This document shows positions 1-6,275 of a stretch of DNA of 13,819 nt, one piece after another (the first letter of the stretch is position 1; each line of letters opens with the position of its first letter). A program made the position numbers and the translations under genes. The DNA is from Candidatus Cryosericum sp. Its GTDB lineage: Bacteria > Caldisericota > Caldisericia > Cryosericales > Cryosericaceae. The notes beneath the pieces were generated by a model, which was given only the letters and a program-made list of their open reading frames with translations, was not told the DNA's origin and ran no database searches. Where the stretch lies: contig JBNAWM010000033.1 of NCBI GenBank assembly GCA_049699855.1, positions 1 to 13,819 of the forward strand, read 5' to 3'.

Positions 1-2
1 GG

Positions 3-1370
3 CGGAGTTTCACCACCGACAACCCCTTCGTGCCTGCCGGCCGCGAAGAAATCTTTGCCCGGGGCATGGACGCCGGCATGAACGGCGACTTCCTTGTCGC
101 GGTGTCCTTACTGACACCCCAGGTCGAGAATGCCGTGCGCATCGTTCTCAAGAAAGCCGGCGTGGTCACCAGCAAGATCGACATGCGCAACGTCGAGCAG
201 GAGCGTGTTCTGGGTGCCCTTCTGGATATGGACGAGGCAGAACGCGTCTTTGGGCGCGACCTTATGTTCGACCTCAGGGGCCTGCTTGTCGAGAAGTTTG
301 GCTCCAACATGCGCAATGAACTGGCGCACGGCCTTCTTGACCTTGATGACTTCAAGGGCCCCGATGCCGAGTACTTGTGGTGGTGCGCTCTGCGTCTGAT
401 GTTCCTGCCATCGCTCCAAGGCGTGAAGACAGACCTTTCGCGCCTGCGCCCCGGCACGCCAGCGCGCCAGCAGCCCGATGTGATCGACGCGCACGGACGT
501 GTGCACCATCAGGAAAACGGCCTTGCCGAACCCGCCGTGGCTGCAGCCGCTGCTGCGGCGCCCGTTGCTGTTGCTGCTGTGACTTCAGCACCCGCCGCAT
601 CGACCACCGCGCCCCAGCGACCAACCGACCGCACCAGAGGGCGTGGCCGCTTTGACCGCCGCGACCGCACGCAGAGACCGGCGGCAGTACCCACCACCAC
701 GCCTTCTGCCATCCCGACCCCGGCGGCAACTCCTGCGGCAGTCACGACGCCGGCACCGGCACCCGCCGTTCAGCCAGCAGCCACAGCCCAGCCTCAGCAG
801 CCCACGGTGCGCGCCAGCGCTCCCGCGGCCACCTCGGCTGTCACCGCTGCTCCCGCGCCAAAGCCGGTCACACCTGCACGACCAGCGGTTGACTTCCGTG
901 CCGAAGTCCGTGCAGCGATGGCAGCAGCAGGTCTGCTCAACTCACCTGATGCAAAACCACAGCAGACGGCAGCTGTTGTTCACCCAACCGAAACAGTGCC
1001 TGTCAAGGCAGCTGCTCCGACCACACAGGCACACAGACATGCCAGCAAGCCATCGCGTCCTGCTGCCTCACAGGCGAAGCCCGTCCAAGTGACGGCTGCG
1101 AAACCGGCACCGGCCAGTGTTCCAGCAGTGAGTACACAACGTCCTGAGAAACAGCAGGCATCAAAGGGATCGCCACAGAACCAGCCCAAAGCTGCTCAGA
1201 AGAAAGCCGAGACAGCAGGCAAGACACCTGCCGTGAAGACAGGCAGCGAAGCTCTGAAAGCCACTGCCCCCACGGCTGCTGCCCCCAAGGCAAAAACCCA
1301 GGCAAGACCCCAGGCAAGACCCCAGCGCAGCCAGAAGACTCCGAAATTAGGAACAGGCACCACCAAGTAA
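3..1370 (+). CDS. DUF4209-like (HEPN-family) protein with long low-complexity C-terminal tail; 5' end lies outside the window
   Basis: Frame is open from base 3 ([21 protein letters not shown]...), so the GTG at 30 is probably internal. Motifs NPFVPxGRExIFxRG, LLxPQxEN and [11 protein letters not shown] (RxxxxH at 312-329) recall DUF4209/HEPN. After ~nt 430 the sequence is A/P/T/Q/K-rich. Ends in TAA. Confidence 0.75.
   Translation, partial: RSFTTDNPFVPAGREEIFARGMDAGMNGDFLVAVSLLTPQVENAVRIVLKKAGVVTSKIDMRNVEQERVLGALLDMDEAERVFGRDLMFDLRGLLVEKFGSNMRNELAHGLLDLDDFKGPDAEYLWWCALRLMFLPSLQGVKTDLSRLRPGTPARQQPDVIDAHGRVHHQENGLAEPAVAAAAAAAPVAVAAVTSAPAASTTAPQRPTDRTRGRGRFDRRDRTQRPAAVPTTTPSAIPTPAATPAAVTTPAPAPAVQPAATAQPQQPTVRASAPAATSAVTAAPAPKPVTPARPAVDFRAEVRAAMAAAGLLNSPDAKPQQTAAVVHPTETVPVKAAAPTTQAHRHASKPSRPAASQAKPVQVTAAKPAPASVPAVSTQRPEKQQASKGSPQNQPKAAQKKAETAGKTPAVKTGSEALKATAPTAAAPKAKTQARPQARPQRSQKTPKLGTGTTK
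1297..1325 (+). repeat. 12-bp in-frame tandem repeat (cccaggcaagac x2 plus partial), encoding QARPQARPQ
   Basis: cccaggcaagac at 1297-1308 and 1309-1320, then cccag at 1321-1325. Confidence 0.85.
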
Positions 1371-1391
1371 CCTGCTCCGCTGTTTGTCGTC

Positions 1392-1424
1392 AAAGCCCCG
1401 AAACAGTTGTTTCGGGGCTTTTTT
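1392..1424 (+). terminator. Intrinsic terminator, possibly bidirectional
   Basis: Perfect 14-bp inverted repeat aaagccccgaaaca (1392-1405) / tgtttcggggcttt (1408-1421) running into a T tract, located between convergent genes. Confidence 0.9.
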
Positions 1425-1427
1425 CTT

Positions 1428-1467
1428 CAATTGTGAAGCCAATGGTGCCTGACACCAAGGGCGTCAC
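1428..1467. repeat. Palindromic intergenic element, copy A (diverged)
   Basis: caattgtgaagccaatggtgcctgacaccaagggcgtcac matches 31/40 positions of copy C (5433-5472) without gaps; its right end overlaps the phosphomutase stop codon. Confidence 0.7.
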
Positions 1468-3137
1468 TCTATGGCATTCAGGAGTACCGAGAACTCCGTT
1501 TTCACCCGTTCCAGGAGTGCTTTGGCGCCCACACGGGTTTCCATGTTCATAACCATCAAGTAGAATTTCACCTTCGGCTCCGTGCCAGAAGGCCGTGCGT
1601 AGATTGCCAGCCGGTCACCGAATTCCATCTTCAAGACATCCGACGGCGGCAGGTGGTCATGCCCCTTTGCATAGTCGATGACATCTGTCAGCTCGTATCC
1701 TCCCAGCACCTTGACAGGATTCTCGCGCAGGTTCTGCATGATGCTTTGTATTTTGGCGACGCCGGCTTCGCCTTCGAAGACCGGTGAAAGCTGATCTTCA
1801 AGGTAGTAGCCATATTTTTTGTACAGCTCCTCAACCGCATCCACAAGAGTCATGCCTTTCTGTTGGTAGTACGCCGCCATTTCACAGGTCATCATGATGG
1901 GCGTGCCGGAGTCTTTGTCGTAGATGAAGTCCCCCACGTTGTAGCCGTAACTCTCTTCGTAGGCAAAGAAGACGTTCCTTCCCCGGGACCGCAGGTCGTC
2001 GGCTTCGTTGCAGATCCATTTGAAACCCGTCAGAACCTCGCTGACTTCAACGCCATACGACTTCGCTATTTTGGCGAACAGCTTCGAAGAGACGATGGAC
2101 TCGATGGCTGCGGGGTGTTCCGGCATTCCCTTTCTGGAGTACATCTCCAGCATGAAGTGCAAGAGGAGAGCCCCCATCTGGTTTCCATCGATTCTGACGT
2201 AGTCCCCGTCATGCCGCACGAAAACCCCCATGCGGTCCGCATCGGGGTCGGATGCAACGACGATGTCCGAACCAAGTCTCCTGGCATCGGCCAGGGACAG
2301 CTTGAACGCTTCGTCAAACTCGGGATTTGGATAGTTGACCGTCGGGAACGATCCATCGGGAACGCTCTGTTCCTTCTGAGAGGTAAACTCAAAACCGTCC
2401 CGTTCGAGCAGGACAGGCACTGTCTTGACACCCGTACCGTGCAGAGGAGTGTAGACGATCTTCAATGCCTTTGAGTGCACTCCGAACGAGTACGAAAGAG
2501 CCTTGGTGAAATACTCCTGGTCGACTTCGCTGCCAATCATGACAACCAATCCCTTCTGGCGGGCCTCTTCCAGGGGCATGCTTCGTATTTCACCAAAAGA
2601 TGTTATCGCTTCGTACTCCCGCGTGATCCCTTCATCGTGAGGAGGAATGACCTGTGCTCCGTTGGACCAGTAGGCCTTGTAGCCGTTGTATTGCGGGGGA
2701 TTGTGACTTGCTGTGATCATGATGCCGGCCGTTGCCTTGAAATGCCGCACGGCCAGTGAAAGCACCGGAGTTGGCCTGAAATCGTCGAAGAGATATACTT
2801 TTATGCCACTCTGAGCAAGGATTTCGGCAGATTCCAGTGCAAAATCCTTTGAAAAATGCCTCGTATCATATGAAATGGCAACGCTCCCGCCCGACGCAAC
2901 GGTCTTCTTGATGTAATTGGCAAGGGCCTGCGTTGCCCTGCCCACGGTGTAGCGATTCATCCTGTTTGCGCCAAGGCCCATCACGCCGCGCATTCCTGCC
3001 GTACCAAATTCCAGGTCCTTGTAGAAGGCATCCTGCAGTTCCGCTTGATCCGTGTTCCTGAGTGTATCCTTGTCCGTCTGCGAAATCACCGGATCGTTCA
3101 ACCACAGCTCATATCTTGTCATTGCATCTTTATCCAT
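1464..3137 (-). CDS. pgm: Alpha-D-phosphohexomutase (phosphoglucomutase/phosphomannomutase family), ~557 aa
   Basis: FGTAGMRG, catalytic TASHNP, metal-binding DPDADR, sugar-binding YEESYG and RPSGTEPK motifs. Start placed at ATG 3137 because GGGAG lies 6 nt upstream; the ORF-track extension to 3305 reads through intergenic repeat DNA. Confidence 0.93.
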   Translation of the reverse strand: MDKDAMTRYELWLNDPVISQTDKDTLRNTDQAELQDAFYKDLEFGTAGMRGVMGLGANRMNRYTVGRATQALANYIKKTVASGGSVAISYDTRHFSKDFALESAEILAQSGIKVYLFDDFRPTPVLSLAVRHFKATAGIMITASHNPPQYNGYKAYWSNGAQVIPPHDEGITREYEAITSFGEIRSMPLEEARQKGLVVMIGSEVDQEYFTKALSYSFGVHSKALKIVYTPLHGTGVKTVPVLLERDGFEFTSQKEQSVPDGSFPTVNYPNPEFDEAFKLSLADARRLGSDIVVASDPDADRMGVFVRHDGDYVRIDGNQMGALLLHFMLEMYSRKGMPEHPAAIESIVSSKLFAKIAKSYGVEVSEVLTGFKWICNEADDLRSRGRNVFFAYEESYGYNVGDFIYDKDSGTPIMMTCEMAAYYQQKGMTLVDAVEELYKKYGYYLEDQLSPVFEGEAGVAKIQSIMQNLRENPVKVLGGYELTDVIDYAKGHDHLPPSDVLKMEFGDRLAIYARPSGTEPKVKFYLMVMNMETRVGAKALLERVKTEFSVLLNAIE

Positions 3138-3223
3138 AAGCATCTCCCTTCCCCTGACATAGGTACCTCTCCGGTATTGTACAATGAAAGCGCCAAAACA
3201 GTCACAGCTGGGCAACGACATGC

Positions 3224-3277
3224 CAATTGTGAACACCATTGTACCTGGTACAAAGGGATTCACAATTCGCGGGGTGA
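3224..3277. repeat. Palindromic intergenic element, copy B (54-bp direct repeat with copy C)
   Basis: caattgtgaacaccattgtacctggtacaaagggattcacaattcgcggggtga; 52/54 identical to 5433-5486. Confidence 0.95.
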
Positions 3278-3285
3278 CTCCCACG

Positions 3286-3314
3286 TTGACGCGTAAGCAG
3301 GGCAACCATATACT
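3286..3314 (+). promoter_or_regulatory. sigma70-type promoter for the B12-binding protein/DGC unit
   Basis: TTGACG (3286-3291), 17-nt spacer, TATACT (3309-3314); each hexamer 5/6 to consensus. Strong SD GGAGGTGA at 3347-3354 before ATG 3360. Confidence 0.75.
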
Positions 3315-3359
3315 GAATTACAAATTGTGCTGTGCTATCAACTCGCGGAGGTGATTTGC

Positions 3360-4487
3360 ATGCAGATCAATGATCTTGTGACGTCAGCGGAGACGCTTGG
3401 TCCGGTTTCAAAGGAAGCGGCGCTGGCCTACATGCGGTCCCGGGCAGACTTGACCGCACGCGTCAACGCATCCATGGAGGCTTTGCCATCGATCCATGCC
3501 CTGACGGGAGGTAACCCGCTGAGCGTGATGAGAGACAATCACGACAACCACTCTTCGCTGATGAAGACGGTGTTTCTGCTCAACAACTACACGATGCTCG
3601 CCATGGTTCTGCCCTGGGTCTACCGGACGTACACCTCACGGGGCTTTCAGCTGGAGTACTTTCCGACCGTGCTCCATGCATGGCAGTAGGCAGTCCGCGG
3701 CACCCTCGAGGCATCTCAGGCTGAGGAGATCTGCACCGTCTATGACTGGATGATTGCCCAGCATGAGCGTATCGCCGCACTGTCACAAGAAGCGCATCCG
3801 AGCGTGCCATCGTCTACTGAAGAGCCCTGGTCCACCGTCGAACGCCAGTTCCTGGCCGCCCTGGTGACCGGCGACAGCAGCCGCGCCTTGGATATCGCCC
3901 GAAACGCAGTCCATTCGGGAGATGACATCGCCCGCTTCTATCTGGATGTGGTTCAGCCTGCCATGTATGACATCGGGCAGATGTGGGAGCGCAACCAGGT
4001 GTCGGTGGCCATGGAACACTTTGCCACCTCCATTGTGGCTCGCATCATGTCGGCGCTGTACATGCGCGTTCCGGCTCCTGTCCACGAAAAGGGCAGTGCC
4101 CTGGTGACGTCGGCACCCAATGAGTTCCACGAGTTGGGCGCGCGCATGGTCGCCGATCTCCTGGAGCTCGACGGATGGAACGTCACCTTCCTCGGAGCGA
4201 ACACACCAGTCGGCGATCTCATCGCCCTCGCAAAGATCCTGAATCCTCAGATCGTTGCCATCTCTGTCGCCATGCCCTTCAATATCGACGTTGTCCAGCG
4301 CACGGTTGCCAGCATCCGCGCAACACCGGAACTGTCAGGGGTCCGCATCATGGTGGGCGGCATCGCGTTCAGCACGTATCCATCGCTGGTGGACTCAGTT
4401 GGTGCGGACGGTTCCGCCATGGACGGCGCATCTGCTGTCGCGCTTGCCAACAGCTGGTGGGAGGAACGCCGCCGTCTCAACGCATGA
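3360..4487 (+). pseudogene. Helical N-terminal domain + CarH-type cobalamin-binding domain protein (375 codons) interrupted by an in-frame TAG at 3687-3689; pseudogene, recoded gene or sequence error
   Basis: ORFs 3327-3689 and 3750-4487 are in the same frame, separated only by one TAG (HAWQ*AVRGTLEASQAEEICTVYDWMIAQ). C-terminal part has W-x9-EH (3984-4019), EFHELG (4122-4139), LGANTP, VAISVA and MVGG motifs of B12-binding four-helix cap plus Rossmann domains. Confidence 0.75.
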
Positions 4488-5416
4488 ACGACTCACTTCT
4501 GCTCCGCTACAAGGACGCTCTCCTGGAGGCAGTGGTGGCAGCGCCCTCTGTCATCATTGCGCTCTTCGATGGCGAGTGGAAGGTTCTTGACTGCAATGAG
4601 GGAGCACAGCGAACCTGCGGGGGTATCCCGACCGGCCACTCGCTGCTCGAGTACGTTCTTGATGTCACGCAGCTTCCTGCCTTGCCCGAGCCCAATTCAT
4701 CCACGCCAGTCACACTCATCCTCCGTACGTCAAGCGGGGACATGGCAGCGGTGGCCGGCACCGTGAGCGCCCTTGACGGCACATATCTCCTTGTTGGGAT
4801 TCCTTCCACCGTGGGCACCGATGACATGATCCTTCAGATGTCTCGCCTGACTGATCAACTGACCGATGTGACACGCGAGGTCCGCAGGCGCAACAGTGAA
4901 TTGGAGCAAGCCAACAAGACGATCACGGCGCTCATGAATACCGACGTGTTGACCGACCTTCCCAATCGGCGCTCGTTTCTTGCGGCAATGCCAGCGGCGC
5001 TGTCCTTCTCCAGACGCACCGGCCAGCCGCTCAGTCTGCTCATGGCGGACCTCGACAACTTCAAGCACGTGAACGACACGTTTGGCCACGACGAGGGTGA
5101 TGTCGTCCTCAAGACGTTCGCGGCCGTACTGCGTTCTTCCTGCCGCCTTGAGGACACACCTTGCCGCTTTGGCGGCGAAGAGTTCCTCCTGCTGCTTCCA
5201 AACACAGATCTGACGGGCGCTGTCGTCGTCGCTGAACGCCTCCGCACCCGGACAATCGAGTCGGTTCGTTTGCCCGACGGTTCCGCTGTGTCGGCCAGCT
5301 TCGGTGCCACGCTTTTTCACGAAGATGATACGCAGGATACCTTCCTGAAGCGCGTCGACGATGCACTCTACGAGGCCAAGAACACGGGGCGCAATCGCAC
5401 AGTTGCAGTGCCATAA
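4484..5416 (+). CDS. Diguanylate cyclase (PAS-like region, coiled coil, GGDEF), ~310 aa
   Basis: DVLTDLPNRR, DLDNFKHVNDTFGHDEGD, RLED I-site (RxxD), RFGGEEF active site, DDALYEAKNTGRN. ATG 4484 overlaps the upstream TGA (ATGA). Confidence 0.93.
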   Translation: MNDSLLLRYKDALLEAVVAAPSVIIALFDGEWKVLDCNEGAQRTCGGIPTGHSLLEYVLDVTQLPALPEPNSSTPVTLILRTSSGDMAAVAGTVSALDGTYLLVGIPSTVGTDDMILQMSRLTDQLTDVTREVRRRNSELEQANKTITALMNTDVLTDLPNRRSFLAAMPAALSFSRRTGQPLSLLMADLDNFKHVNDTFGHDEGDVVLKTFAAVLRSSCRLEDTPCRFGGEEFLLLLPNTDLTGAVVVAERLRTRTIESVRLPDGSAVSASFGATLFHEDDTQDTFLKRVDDALYEAKNTGRNRTVAVP

Positions 5417-5432
5417 CCAGAGCATCCTGCAA

Positions 5433-5486
5433 CAATTGTGAAGACCATTGTACCTGGTACAAAGGGATTCACAATTGGCGGGGTGA
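5433..5486. repeat. Palindromic intergenic element, copy C
   Basis: caattgtgaagaccattgtacctggtacaaagggattcacaattggcggggtga; 5433-5477 is a 45-nt imperfect palindrome with 10-bp perfect outer arms caattgtgaa/ttcacaattg and inner arms ttgtacc/ggtacaa. Confidence 0.95.
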
Positions 5487-5510
5487 GGGGGAGGGGGCGA
5501 ACGAGGGTAT

Positions 5511-6113
5511 CTAGGAGACGGCGATGGACCAGGCGGCGTAGAGCAGCAAGAGCGCCAGCGTGAGGGTGTAGATGAATTTGACCCTGGGGTTGGCGATGAA
5601 GCGCTGGATGCCGGCGCCCAGCAGAGCCCACATCGATGTCGAGCAGAAGCTGAGCAGGGTGAGCAGGAGCGCAGAAACGAGGATGGCACGCCAGTTCCTG
5701 GCAAGGGGAGCCAGCAGCGTCGCATACATCGTGAGCCCAAAGAGGATGACCTTGACGTTGACGAACTGGAGCACAAGCCCGTCGCGGTACCGGGCTCCGC
5801 CTTGAGCACGCGCATGCGCTCCACGCTTGGGCCTCAGGACGGTGTAGGCAAGCCACAGGAGATAGGCGACACCCAGGATTTTGAGGACGACCGCGATATG
5901 GCCATAGAGCGAGACGAGCAGGTCTGTCAGCAACCCCGACGCAGCCATGATGCAGAAGAACCCGCTGACCACACCGGCGATGAAGCGCAGTGTGCGCGGA
6001 TATCCAAGGCGCATCCCCAGCGAGGAGGAGGTGATGTTGTTGGGCCCGGGCGTGAAGATGGAAACCAGTGCATAGCTGAGCACCGGCAAGACCTCAATGT
6101 CTGTTATGCCCAT
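5511..6113 (-). CDS. LysE/RhtB-family amino acid exporter (EamB-like), ~200 aa
   Basis: FTPGPNN motif near the N-terminus, LKILGVAYLLWLA and GLVLQFVNVK motifs, several hydrophobic helices. Start at ATG 6113 gives a typical family length; exact start uncertain. Confidence 0.88.
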   Translation of the reverse strand: MGITDIEVLPVLSYALVSIFTPGPNNITSSSLGMRLGYPRTLRFIAGVVSGFFCIMAASGLLTDLLVSLYGHIAVVLKILGVAYLLWLAYTVLRPKRGAHARAQGGARYRDGLVLQFVNVKVILFGLTMYATLLAPLARNWRAILVSALLLTLLSFCSTSMWALLGAGIQRFIANPRVKFIYTLTLALLLLYAAWSIAVS

Positions 6114-6234
6114 GATGCGGCAGCGTCCTCTCTGCCCACGCGCATTCCGTTGATGATGGCACCACCCGCGTTCTCCGGTCTCCTCCCCTGCGTACAGCAT
6201 AGCAGAGAAGTCCAAAACTGCTCGGCCGCGGGGC

Positions 6235-6256
6235 GGGGCGGACATGCAGCCGCCCC
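6235..6256 (-). terminator. GC-rich hairpin downstream of the ABC operon (possible terminator or mRNA-stabilising stem)
   Basis: ggggcgg (6235-6241), 8-nt loop, ccgcccc (6250-6256); no U tract. Confidence 0.35.
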
Positions 6257-6275
6257 GTGTGCATGACCTATCAGA

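Noticed and set aside
3224..3267. lac operator or CRP site (AATTGTGA...TCACAATT arms)
   Set aside because: Half-sites are 27 bp apart, far more than in lacO or CRP sites, and two of the three copies sit between convergent 3' ends.
3138..3305. N-terminal extension of the phosphomutase in the ORF track, and the shared peptide IVNPFVPGTMVFTI with ORF 5368-5856
   Set aside because: Both arise from translating the intergenic repeat; they are not real protein homology.
3295..3345. c-di-GMP-I riboswitch upstream of the DGC unit (cagggcaacc)
   Set aside because: Lacks the full GGCAAACC and downstream GACGCAAAG elements; the segment is better explained as the promoter spacer.
4175..4483. N-terminal extension of the DGC in the ORF track
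   Set aside because: Overlaps the B12-binding domain in another frame and has non-protein-like composition; the ATGA-coupled start at 4484 is more plausible.
1428..5486. Repeats as a CRISPR array
   Set aside because: Copies are 1.8-2.2 kb apart and separated by whole genes, not 30-40-nt spacers; no cas genes are visible.
5433..5486. Classical integron attC site
   Set aside because: No RYYYAAC...GTTRRRY core ends, no integrase in view, and enclosed genes differ in orientation and carry their own promoter.
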